NCBI GenBank assembly: GCA_963727485.1
Contig: CAVSGM010000003.1
Coordinates: 544,001-608,000 of the forward strand
Direction of reading: 5' to 3'
Source: an uncultured delta proteobacterium
GTDB lineage: Bacteria; Myxococcota; Myxococcia; SLRQ01
Length of the DNA: 64,000 bases
In this document: piece by piece, positions 34,464-45,500 of the stretch
Position numbering within the stretch: the first letter of the stretch is position 1
How the letters are laid out: each line of letters opens with the position of its first letter
The notes under the pieces: generated by a model
What the model saw: the letters and a program-made list of their open reading frames with translations, nothing else
Databases searched by the model: none
What the model was told of the DNA's origin: nothing
Program-made: the position numbers and the translations under genes

Positions 34464-34503
34464 TGGGATACGTTGGGGCGGATCGCCCCAATGGGATACG
34501 TTG
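34464..34503. repeat. 12-bp direct repeat flanking a hairpin
   Basis: TGGGATACGTTG at 34464 and 34492, overlapping TTGGGGCG-GAT-CGCCCCAA. Confidence 0.6.
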
Positions 34504-34599
34504 TGACGCGTTCCGAGGGGGCCGGGAGGGGACCCAGGAGGCTGCCGCGATCCCGCCCGCCGCGCGCGCGGCCCCCGCGGCCCCCACCCACGGCCCGGA

Positions 34600-36501
34600 T
34601 CAGACCCCGGGGCGGGACACCGCGGCGTCGAGGAGCCGCTCGGTGAAGTCGTAGGCGCCCGGCCGGGGGAGCTCGCCGCGCCGGCCCGCCGAGAGGTGGG
34701 CGCTCGAGGTCACCAGGGCCATGTGGGTGAAGGCCTGGGGGAAGTTTCCCAGCGCCTCGCCGGTCGCCGGGTCCGCCTCCTCGGCGTAGAGGCCCACGTC
34801 GTTGGCGAGCCCCAGGAGCCGGTCGAAGATGGCCTCGGCCTCGGGGAGGCGGCCGGCGTGGGCCAGGGCGTCGACCAGCCAGAAGGAGCACAGGAGGAAC
34901 GCCCCCTCGCCCCCGGAGAGCCCGTCCTCGGCGCGGTAGCGGTGGAGCAGGCCGCCGCCCCCGTCCTCGAGCTCGGCGCGGACCCGGTCGAGGGTCGCGA
35001 GCACCCGGGGGTCGTCCGGGGGGAGCAGGCCCATGGCCGGGACCAGGAGCACCGAGGCGTCGGCGACCTCGTGGCCGAGGGCCTGGGGGAACCAGCCGAC
35101 CCGGTCGGCCTCGGCGAGCAGCGCGTCCCGGACGGCGTCCCGCTCGGTGACCCACCGGCCCGGGGCCGGGAGGCCGTGGTCCTTGGCGATGCGCAGCGCG
35201 CGGTCGAGGGCCACCCAGCAGTGGAGCTTGGAGTGGACGAAGTGCCGTGGGGTGTCGCGGATCTCCCAGATCCCGTGGTCGGCGTCATGCCAGCGCTCGG
35301 CGACGAGGTCGGTGAGGTGCCGGAGGAACTTCCAGTTGGCGCTCACGTCGCCGCCGAGCTTGGGGTAGAGCCAGGCCGCCTCCATGAACTGGCCGTAGGC
35401 GTCGAGCTGCATCTGCTTCACCGCGCCGTTGCCGATGCGCACCGGGCGTGAGCCCCGGTGGCCGGCGAGGTGGCCGAGCTCCACCTCCGGGAGCGAGCGG
35501 CGGCCGTCGATGCCGTACATGATCTGGATGTCCTCGGGGCGGCCGGCGCCGGTGCGCTGGATCCAGCGCTTGAAGGCGTCGGCCTCGGCCCGGTAGCCGA
35601 GGACGTAGAGCGAGGTGAGGGTGAGGGTGGCGTCGCGGATCCAGGTGTAGCGGTAGTCCCAGTTGCGGCCGCCGCCGACGGCCTCGGGGAGCGAGGTGGT
35701 GGGCGCGGCGACCACCGCGCCGGTGGGGGCATAGGTCAGCGCCTTGAGGACCAGGGCCGAGCGGCGGACCTGCCCGGGATGGTCGCCGTCGTAGCGGCCC
35801 CGGGCGCTCCAGGCCTGCCAGTAGCCGATGGTGGTCTCGAGGCGCCGGGCGAGCTCGGCGGCCCCGGCGACGGGCTCGGCCTCGAGGTGGGCCCGGTGCC
35901 AGGCACACTGGACGTAGGCCTCCTCCCCGGCGGCGAGGCTCCACCGCGCCTTGAGGCGTTCGCGCGTCGCCTCCAGGGGGCGGGTGGCGACCACCCGGAG
36001 GGCGTCGGCGCCGCCCACGATGTCGGCAGCGCCGACGATGCCCGCCCCGCCGCGGGAGCCGGCCGCGGCGCCGGGATCGACGAGGCGGAAGCGGGGCACG
36101 AAGGCGCCGTACTCGAAGCGGGGCGCCACCGTGACCCGGACCTCCACCTCGCCCTCGAGGCAGCGCACCCGCCGGAGGAGGGCGTGGTGGGAGGTGAGGG
36201 TCGACGGCCGCGCCGGGTCCCCGGGCTCCAGCGGCATGCAGTCGGTGACCTCGAGGACCCCACCGGCGCACTCGAAGGTGGTGGCCAGCACGTTGGTCCC
36301 CTCGAGGTAGGCGCGGTGGCTCTTGAACCGGCTCCGGGGCTGGACGGTGAACGAGCCGCCGTGGTCGGCGTCGAGGATCCGGGCGAAGACCGCCGGGCTG
36401 TCGAAGGCCGGGAAGCAGGCCCAGTCGACCGAGCCGTCGAGGGAGACCAGGGCGGCGCTGTGGCAGTCGCCGAGGAGGGCGTAGTCGGCGATGCGGCGCA
36501 C
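34600..36501 (-). CDS. glycoside hydrolase family 15 (trehalase/glucoamylase-like)
   Basis: IADYALLGDC; AAPTTSLPE..GGGRNWDYRYTWIRD; QLDAYG; GIWEIR; EGAFLLCSFW; GNFPQAFTH. Confidence 0.95.
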   Translation of the reverse strand: MRRIADYALLGDCHSAALVSLDGSVDWACFPAFDSPAVFARILDADHGGSFTVQPRSRFKSHRAYLEGTNVLATTFECAGGVLEVTDCMPLEPGDPARPSTLTSHHALLRRVRCLEGEVEVRVTVAPRFEYGAFVPRFRLVDPGAAAGSRGGAGIVGAADIVGGADALRVVATRPLEATRERLKARWSLAAGEEAYVQCAWHRAHLEAEPVAGAAELARRLETTIGYWQAWSARGRYDGDHPGQVRRSALVLKALTYAPTGAVVAAPTTSLPEAVGGGRNWDYRYTWIRDATLTLTSLYVLGYRAEADAFKRWIQRTGAGRPEDIQIMYGIDGRRSLPEVELGHLAGHRGSRPVRIGNGAVKQMQLDAYGQFMEAAWLYPKLGGDVSANWKFLRHLTDLVAERWHDADHGIWEIRDTPRHFVHSKLHCWVALDRALRIAKDHGLPAPGRWVTERDAVRDALLAEADRVGWFPQALGHEVADASVLLVPAMGLLPPDDPRVLATLDRVRAELEDGGGGLLHRYRAEDGLSGGEGAFLLCSFWLVDALAHAGRLPEAEAIFDRLLGLANDVGLYAEEADPATGEALGNFPQAFTHMALVTSSAHLSAGRRGELPRPGAYDFTERLLDAAVSRPGV

Positions 36502-36567
36502 CGGTCGAGTATAGCCGGGGCCGACGCGCGTTGCCCGGGCCGCGGGCGCGTGTTACCCGTCGGCGCC

Positions 36568-37533
36568 ATGGACGAGACCGGCAAGGCCACGCTCCGCGAG
36601 GGCAATCCCATCATGCTGGTGGACTGGAAGGCGCGCAGCTACTTCGCCACCCTCAAGGCCGGCGGCCGCACCGACATCCGCGGCCACCAGTTCGCCCACG
36701 ACGACATCCTCGGGCGGCCCGAGGGCTTCCGCCTCGACTCCAGCCGGGGCAAGCCCTTCTTCATCCTCCGGCCGACCCTCGGCGAGTACGTGCCCAAGAT
36801 GCCGCGCCACGCCACGGTCATCTACCCCAAGGATCTCGGCACCATCCTGGTCTACGCCGACATCTTCCCCGGGGCGAAGGTCCTGGAGGCGGGCATCGGC
36901 TCGGCGGGGCTGTCGCTGGCGCTGCTCCGCGCCATCGGGCCGGCCGGGCACCTGACGAGCTACGAGATCCGCACCGAGGCCATCAACCGCGGGGAGAAGA
37001 ACATCGCCGCCTACCTCGGCGAGGTCGAGAACCACACCATCAAGGTCGCCGACGTCTACGCGGGCATCGACGAGACCGGGCTCGACCGGATCGTCCTCGA
37101 CGTCCCCGAGCCCTGGCAGGTGGTGCCCCACGCCATCCACGCCCTGCGCGACGGCGGCGGGTTCTGCGCCTACTCGCCCACGACCCTCCAGGTCCAGGAG
37201 ACGGTGGCGGCCCTGAAGAAGAGCCACGCCTTCGTCCGGGTCGAGACCTGGGAGTCGCTCCAGCGCGGGTGGCACGTGGCGCCGATGAGCGTGCGCCCGG
37301 ACCTCAACATGGTCGGGCACACGGGCTTCCTCACCTTCGCCCGGAAGGTGCGCGGGGGGCCGGAGCCGGGGACGCCGGTGACCGCGCCGAGGCCCGGCGA
37401 GGGCGCCTGGGAGGATCCCAAGCACCCGGGCAAGGCGGCGCCGGGCGAGGGCGGCTCGGAAGCGACGGACGGCGCGGGTACCGACGACGGGCACGACGAC
37501 CCGGAGGAGACCGGATGGCCGACTACGACGTGA
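36568..37533 (+). CDS. trmI: tRNA (adenine-58-N1)-methyltransferase
   Basis: MPRHATVIYPKD; VLEAGIGSAGL; LDVPEPW; VRPDLNMVGHTGFL. Confidence 0.9.
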   Translation: MDETGKATLREGNPIMLVDWKARSYFATLKAGGRTDIRGHQFAHDDILGRPEGFRLDSSRGKPFFILRPTLGEYVPKMPRHATVIYPKDLGTILVYADIFPGAKVLEAGIGSAGLSLALLRAIGPAGHLTSYEIRTEAINRGEKNIAAYLGEVENHTIKVADVYAGIDETGLDRIVLDVPEPWQVVPHAIHALRDGGGFCAYSPTTLQVQETVAALKKSHAFVRVETWESLQRGWHVAPMSVRPDLNMVGHTGFLTFARKVRGGPEPGTPVTAPRPGEGAWEDPKHPGKAAPGEGGSEATDGAGTDDGHDDPEETGWPTTT

Positions 37534-39510
37534 AGCGGATGCTCTCCCTGTCCCGGGTGTCGGCGGTGGCGCCGTCGCCCGACGGAACCTGGGCGGCGGT
37601 GCAGGTCGCCCGCCTCGACACCGACGGGGGCAAGCTCGTCTCCGACCTCTGGAAGCTGCCGCTCGCCGATCGCGCGCAGCCGGCGGTGCGGCTGACCTGG
37701 GGCGACTTCGACGACACCGCGCCGTGCTTCCGCGCCGACGGGGCCCTGGGCTTCCGCTCCAACCGCCCCCGGCGCCCGGACAAGCCCGAGCCCGGCGAGG
37801 ACAAGCGCACCCAGGTGTGGCTCCTCGGTGCGGGCGGGGGCGAGCCCCGGCCCCTGACCGACGAGCCCCTCGGCGTCAGCGCCTTCCGCTTCGCCCGGCG
37901 CGGCGACGTCCTGGCGATGATCTGCCCGGTGCTCCCGGAGGTGCCCCACGCCGAGCAGCGCGAACGGGCCAAGGCGCTCGCCGAGCAGGGCCCCTCGGCG
38001 CTCCACTTCAAGCGGATGCCGGTGCGCTACTGGGACCACTGGTTCGGGCCCACGGTGCCCCACCTGGTGGTGAGCGACCAGGACGGCCGCGGGCGCACCG
38101 ACCTCACGCCGGACGCCGACCACCGCGCCTACCGGGAGGCGGCGTTCGACGTCTCCGACGACGGGCGCTTCGTGGTGATCACCGCCGCCCGCCCGGGCCC
38201 GGACCGGGTCGACGACCGGGGCCTCGAGGTCTTCGAGGTGGCCACCGGCCAGAAGGCGCCTGCTCCCCGGTGACCCCCGCACCGAGTACGCGAGCCCGGT
38301 GCTCTCGCCGGACGGCACCCAGGTGGTCTCCGCCCGCGAGCAGCGCTTCGACGACCGGGCGCCGGAGGTGACCCTCTTCGTCCAGCCCACCGCCGGCGGC
38401 GAAGGTCACGCGCTGGCGCCGGAGTGGGACGTGTGGCCCGCGGCCTCGGCGTTCACCGAGGACGGCCAGGCGGTGCTGTGCACCGCGAGCCTCATGGGCG
38501 AGGTGCCGGTGTTCCGGGTGCCGCTGGGCGGCGGTGACCCGGTGCGCGTCACCGCGGCCTCGGCCCCGGGGACCCACGAGGGCGTGCGCCCCCTGCCGGG
38601 CACCGGGCGCCTGATCGGCCTCCGGCACCGCCAGCTCCACCCGCCCGAGGTCTTCCTCGTCGACGACGCCGAGGGCGCCCTCCCCGAGCTCGCCTCGTCC
38701 CTCTCCGGGTTCACCGAGGCCGACGGCGCCAACCTGGCCACCCTCGAGCGCTTCACCGTCGACGGCGCCGGGGGCGCCAAGGTGGAGACCCTGCTCCTCA
38801 AGCCCGCGGTGACCACGGAGAGGCCCCCGACCCTCCTGTGGATCCACGGGGGCCCGATCATGGCCTCGGGCGACGGCTGGCACTGGCGGTGGAACCCGCT
38901 CATCCCCGTGGCCGCCGGCTACGCGGTGGCGCTCCCCAACCCCCGGGGCTCCACCGGCTACGGCCAGGCGTTCATCGAGGGCATCTGGCGCAACCGCTAC
39001 GGCGCCGAGTGCTACGAGGACCTCATGGCCGTCACCGACGCCCTCGAGGCCCGGCCCGACCTGGACGAGACGCGCATCGCCGCCATGGGCGGGAGCTTCG
39101 GCGGCTACATGTCCAACTGGATCGGCGGGAGCACCGACCGCTTCCGGGCCCTCGTCACCCACGCCAGCCTCTTCGACTTCCGGGCCTTCTACGGGGTCAC
39201 CGACCTGCCGGCCTTCTGGGCCCTGGAGCTCGACGGGACGCCCTACGCCGACCCCGACGCCTTCGAGCGCTACTCGCCCCACACGCGGGTCCACAAGTGG
39301 AAGACCCCGACGCTGGTGATCCACGGCGAGCGCGACTACCGGGTGCCGCTGGGCGAGGGGCTGGCGCTCTTCGAGGCCCTGCAGCTCCACGGGGTGGACA
39401 GCGAGCTGCTCGTCTTCCCCGACGAGAACCACTCGATCCTGGGGCCGAAGAACGCCGAGGTCTGGTACGGGAAGGTCCTGGAGTTCCTCGGGCGGCACCT
39501 GGCGGCCTGA
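37515..39510 (+). CDS. S9 family (prolyl oligo/acylaminoacyl) peptidase (one frameshift near 38265)
   Basis: Propeller-like N-terminus; IHGGP; NPRGSTGYG; GGSFGG; HGERDYRVP; FPDENH. Confidence 0.92.
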
Positions 39511-39525
39511 CCCGGCGCGTCGGCG

Positions 39526-42500
39526 TCAGGCGATCGTCAGCCCCAGCTTCCGGCGCAGGGCCCCGTGGGCGGGGTCGATGGCGAAGCGCACCAGCTCGCG
39601 GAGCGCCTGGCGCGCCACCTCGCCCTCGATCCGCAGCGCCTCCACCGCCGCCTGGGGCGTGCCCGCGAGGAGCAGCCCGGCGCGCACCGCGCTGTGCTCC
39701 ACCGCCTCGGCGAAGGTGATCAGGTCGCCGACCCGGCGGGCCTCGGCGAAGCGCCGGGCGGCGTCGCCCACCCCCGGCCGGCGCTCGGCGGGGAGGGCCT
39801 TCTCCAGGCGGGCGGCCAGCGGCCTCGCGGCGGCCTCGGCCTCGGCGCCCAGGGTCTCGGCGGCGCCGCCGAAGATCACCGCGGCGTCCACCAGCTGCTT
39901 GAGCTCGGCCAGCGAGAGCACCCGGGCGGCGACCCAGCCGGGGCGCATCCCCATCAGCGCCCGGGCGGCGTGGAAGCGCAGGGCGGCGGCGTCGAGCGCC
40001 CGGTGGCCGGCGACGACCTCCGGGGCCACGGTGAGCACGGGCTTCGGCGCCAGCACCGGCGCGAAGACCGCCTCGCCGCCGGCGGGGGCCAGGTGGAGGT
40101 CGGCGGCGGGGATCCCCAGGGTCCGCACCGCCAGGAGCAGCGCCTCGGCCACCCGCTCGGCGAAGGGCCCGGCGCTGGTGGTGAACGAGCCGCCGGTGCG
40201 CAGCCGCGCCGCCCGGCCCGTGGGGGCGAAGAGGGACGCGCCCTCGGCGCCCAGCGCCGCCACCAGGTCCGCGGCGGGGCCCCGGGTCCCCGGGTGGTCG
40301 AGGAGGGTCTCCCGGGCGCTGGGGGTCAGGGCCCGGGCGGGCCGGGGCCCCGCGTCCAGGGCCTCGGCGAGGCGCCGGGTGGGGCCGTCGGCCTCGTCGA
40401 CCAGCACCAGGAGCGAGGCCACCATCGCCGCCGCGTCACGATCACCGGCGGCGTCCCGGAGGCGCAAAAGCGCCCGGTAGGCGTCGACGTCGAAGGGCGA
40501 GGCGGTGAGCACCCGGCGCCAGGCGGCGTCGGCGTCGTCCTTGCGGCCGGTGCGCTCGGCGAGGCGGGCGAGGTCCTCGGCGGCCTTGAGGTCGTCAGGC
40601 TCGAGGTCCAGGAGCCGCGAGAGGGCGGCCATGGCCCCGGCGAGGTCCCCGAGCTGGTACCGCCGGACCTCGGCGAGCTCGCGCACCAGCGCCGCCTCGG
40701 TGGGCCCGGTCTCCCGGCGCCCGGCGAGCCACGCCAGGCCCGCGGCCAGGGGCGCCGCGTCGCGGGTGCGCGCCGCCAGCTCCCGGAGCCCCGAGAGGGC
40801 CGCCTCCACGGCGGGGCCTTCGCCCGCGAGCTCCAGGGCCCCCTGGTAGCACTCGGCGGCGGTCACCGGATCGTCGAGGTGGTCCCGGAGGAGGTCGGCG
40901 AGGCGGAGCTGGAGCTGCCCCCGAAGCGCCGGATCGGGCTCCCCGGCGAGGCGCCGGCGCAGGCTCCCCGCCGCCTCGAGGAAGGCGCCGAGCTTGCGCT
41001 GCTCCCGGGCCAGGGCGTCGAGGACCGCCGGGTCGTCGGGGTGCTCGGCCAGGGCCCGCTCCAGGACCTCGGCGGCCCGGCCGGCGTCGTGGAGGTGCTC
41101 GGCCCACACCGAGGCGATGTCCAGGTCGAGGCGCCGCCGGGTCTCCGGGTCGGAGGCCTGATGGCGGAGCCGCTCGCGGACCTCGACCACCTCGGCCCAG
41201 CGGCCGGTGGCGGAGAAGACCGTGGCCAGATCCGAGAGCACCCGCCGGTCGCCCGGGGCCAGGACCTGGGCCTGCTCCAGGAGGCTCGCCGCGTCGCCCG
41301 GGCGGCCCATGGCCGAGAGGCAGGCGGCGGTGCGCCGGAGGAGGTCCGCGCGGTCCACCGCCTCGAGGTCGTCGGCGTGATCGGCGAAGGTGCGCAGGAC
41401 CTCGTAGGCCCGCGGGGCATCCCCCCGGGCCTCCAGGAGCCGGGCCAGGGCGTCGAGGGTCGCCGGCCGGGTGGGCCCCAGGCGCAGGGCCTCCTCGAGG
41501 TGGCCGGTGGCCGCCGCCTGGCGCCCGAGGATCTCCGACGCGGTCGCCGCCTGGGCCAGCACCCCGGCCAGGGTCTCCCGGTCGGCGTCCGGGGAGAGCC
41601 CCCGGGCCGCCCGCTCCAGGAGCGCCGACGCGGCCTCGGCGTCGCCGCGGGCGAGATGGATGGCGGCGAGGGCGGCGCCGGCGGTGGGGTGGTCCGGGTC
41701 GGCGTCGAGGGCGGCGGCGAAGGCCTCGGCGGCCCCGGTCTCGTCGTCGGCGGCCTCGAGGCGCTCGCCCACCTCGGTGAGCAGCGCCGCGCGCTCGCCG
41801 CCGGAGCGGGCCCGGGCGGCGAGGATCCGGGCGACCTCGATGATCCCCGCGTCGTCCCCGGTGAGGCGCAGGAGCCGGAGCAGGGCCCGGCGCGCGGGCA
41901 GGGCGCCGGGGTCGGCCTCGGCGGCGGCGCGGTAGGCGGCGAGGGCCTCGGCGTCGTCGCCCCGGGCCTCGAGGAGCCGCCCCACCTGGGTGAGGCGCCC
42001 GGCCTGGGCTTCACCGCCGAGGGCCAGGGACGCCTCCTGGCGCCGCATCTCGATGGCGGTGTCCAGGTCGTCGGCGGCCTCGGCGAGGCGCGCCACCCCG
42101 TCGAGGGCGGCGGTGTTGTCCGGGTCGACCGCGAGGGCCGCGCGGTAGGCGGCGAGCGCCGCGGCCTCGTCGTGGAGCTGCTCCTCCTGGACCAGGCCCA
42201 GGATCACCCGGAGGTCGCCTTGGACCTCCGGGTCCCCGGTGGCCGCGGCGAGGCCCTCGTAGAGCTTCGCCAGATCGGCGTAGGCGGCCATCGCCGAGAG
42301 GAGGCGCACCAGCCCGGCCACGGCCTCCTCGGCCACCGGCGGCGACACCTCGGGCAGCGCCATCACCGCCTCGAGGTCGGCCCGGGCGCCGGCGAGATCG
42401 CCGAGGGTGGTCTCCTTGATCCCCGCGGCCCGGAGCAGAAGCGTCCCCCGGCGGTCGTCGTCGTCGACGCGCCGGGCGGCGTCCCCGAGGATCGCCGCCA

Positions 42501-45500
42501 GCTCCCCGTGGCGCCCGCTGGCGAGGCAGGCGCGCTCCAGGCGCGCCAGGACGTCCTCGTCGCCGGGGAGGCGGGCCAGGGCCGCCCGGAGATGGGCGAC
42601 CGCCCGGTCGGGGTCGCCGATGCGCCGCTCGGCGATGGTGGCCGCGGCGAGGCGCAGCACCCCCTCCCGGCGGCTGCCCCGGTGGAGGCGGATCTGCCGC
42701 TCGAGGATCTCGAGGGCCTTCGGCCAGTCGCCCAGGCGCCCGTGGAGATCGGCGAGGCGGCTCAAGAGCGCGTCCTTGGCCTCGGGCTCGGCGTCGAGGT
42801 CGACCATCGCGGTCTCGACCCGCGCCGCCTCCTCGGGGCGGCCGAGGCGCTGCTCCAGGATGTGGGCGAGCTCGTCGAGGAGGGCGAAGCGCCGCGACGG
42901 GTCGGGGGTGTGCACCGGGTCGGCGAGGTCCTCGAGGATCGCCGCCAGGGCCTCCCACGCCGCGGCGGCGGTGTAGGCGGCGCGGAGCTGGCCGAGGATC
43001 TCCCCGAGGATCCCGGCGCCGGGCTCGGCGGCGTCCCGGGCCCGCTCCAGGCACCGGCGCGCCCGCTCCCGGCCCCGGAGGTCCTCGGGTCCCGAGGCCT
43101 GGTGGTGGGCCAGGGCCGCCCGGAGCAGGGCCTCGGCCCGGGCGCTCCCCTCGAGGCGGGCGGCCCGGGCCTCGAGGAGGCCGGCGAGATCCGCGGCGCG
43201 GCCGGCGGCCTCGAGGTGCGAGGTGAGCTCGGCCCAGAGCCCGTCGTCCTCGGGGGCGAGGAGGCAGGCCTCCTCGAGGGCCTCGCCGGCCCGGGCGGCC
43301 GCGGCGTCGTCCCCGGCGCCGGCCAGCCGGCGCCCCACCTCGTGGATCTCCTGGAGGGCCGCGGCCCGCTCCCTGGGATCGGCGAGGCGCCGGGCCCGGC
43401 GCTCCATCAGGGGGAAGGCCTTGGCGTCCTCGCCGGCGTCCCGGTAGAGGTCGAGGAGGGCCGCCTGGGCCCCGGGGTGGTCGGGGACCAGCTGGAGGGC
43501 CTTCTCGTAGGCGGCCACCGCGCCCTCGGTGTCGCCCTGCTGGTGCCGGGCCACCTCCGCGAGGCGGACGTAGAGGTCGGCCTTCTCCGGACGGCCGGTG
43601 GAGGCGGCGATCCAGTGGCGCAGGGCCCGGGCCACCTGGGGCCAGTTGCGGCGCGCGGTGTGGAAGGCGCAGAGCTCGCGGATGGCCTCGGTGTCCGCGG
43701 GGTCGGCCTCCACGGCGGCGGCCCACTCGGCGCCGACCTCGTCGCCCCGGCCGAGGCTGGCGAGGGCGTCGATGAGCTCCCGGCGCCAGAGGGGCGCGTC
43801 GGTGTGGTGCCGCGGCTCGGCGGCGAGGCGCTCGCGGAGGATGCGCACCAGGGCCAGGGCGTCGTCCTTCTGGTGGTAGAGGGCCCGCAGCCGGGCGAAG
43901 GCCTCGGCGTCGCCCGGGGCCTCGGCGAGGACCTCCTCCCAGGCCATCCGCGCCCGGGCCGGGTGCCCGAGCTGGTCGCCGAGGAGGCGGGCCAGGCGCC
44001 GGTAGCCGTCGGCGCGGCCGGGGGCCCCGGGGCCGAGGGCGCCGAGGCTCTCCTGGAGGGCGGTGGCGGTCTCCCGGGCGTCGCCCTCCTCCTCGGTGGT
44101 GTCCGCCAGGCCCTGGAGGGCCTCGACGCATCCGGGCTCGAGCGCCAGGACCCGCTGCCAGTCCTGGCGCGCGGACCGGGGATCCTGGAGGCGGGTGGCG
44201 GCAATCTCGGCGCGCTTGAGGAGGGCGGCCTTCTTCTCGCCGAGGTCGGTGGCCCCGGTCACCGCCCGCTCCAGGGCCTCGACCAGGCCCTTCCAGTCCC
44301 GGCGCTTCTCCAGGAGCCGGCACAGCGCCGCCAGGGCCTCGGCGCTCCCGCCCCGGAGGATGACGATCTCCTCGTAGACCTTGGCGGCGCCGGCGAGGTC
44401 GGCGAGCTCGGTCTCCTTCAGCTCGGCGAGGCGGAAGAGAAGCTCGCACCGCGCCTCCACCTCGTCGAGGCGGCCGGCCCGGGCCCGGTAGAAGTCGGCG
44501 AGCTCGCGCCAGGCGCCCCGGGAGACGTAGAGGGCCTCGAGGCGTGACTCCAGGGCCGGGTCGTTCCCGGAGAGGGTCACCGCCCGGGCGAGGCGGCTGG
44601 CGGCGCGGCCGGCCTCGCCGAGGTCCTCGAGGTCGACCTCGGCGATGCGCACCAGGATCGCCGCCCCGGCGCCGGCGCCGAGGCGCAGGGCCAGGTCCTC
44701 GGCGACGGCGGCGAGCTGGGCGTGGGAGCGCGAGGCGCGGCCGGTGCGGAAGAGGACCTCGAGGAGGCCGTCGGTGGCGCCCCGGGCGGCCTCGGCCTCG
44801 GGCCCAACCTGGGGCAGGATCTGGATCGCCCGCACCGCCTCGATGAACGCCCGGCCCGGGTCCTCGAGGTGGGTCTCGTAGACCTCCGCGGCCTCGGCGT
44901 GGAGGCCGGCGGCGGCCAGGGCCCGGCCCTCCTTGAGGGCGGTGCGCGCCCCCTCGGCGAGGAGGTCGGCGAGGCGGGCGTAGGCGCCCTGGCGCCGGTA
45001 GAGGTCCCGGAGGGTCTCGAAGGCCTCCCGGGCGGTCTCGCCACCGCCGGGATCGCCGAGGCGCTCCAGCGACGCGATGGCCGCGGGGTTGCCCGGGGTG
45101 AGGTCGAGGAGCTCCCGGTAGTGGACCAGGGCCGCGGCCCGGTCGTCGAGGCGGTCCTCGCAGATCCGCGCCAGCTCCCGCTTGACCGCCGCCGCCCGGG
45201 CCACGTCGCGGGTGGTGCGCCACACCGCCTCGAGCTCCTGCTGCTTGAGCCGCGCCACCTCCCGCCACCGGTTCTCGCGGCCGTGGAGCTCCCCGAGGCG
45301 CCGGAGGGCCTCGAGGTTGTCGGGGTCGACGGTGACCACCCGCTGGTAGTGGTTCACCGCCGCCTGGGGTCGCGCCAGCTCCCGGCCGTAGAGGTGGCCG
45401 AGCTTGAGGTGGAGGTAGATGCGGTCGGCGGGGGGCAGGGCCCCGGCCAGCGCCGACTCGTAGACCTGGGCCAGCTCGGCGAAGGTGCCGGTGAGCACCG

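Noticed and set aside
34464..34503. Repeat-spacer-repeat as a mini-CRISPR
   Set aside because: Only two 12-bp copies, too short, and no cas genes
39565..44547. Very long antisense/alternative-frame ORFs (also 23520-27488, 21884-23776, 53927-56224)
   Set aside because: Shadow ORFs expected at high GC3 opposite real genes; no recognisable motifs
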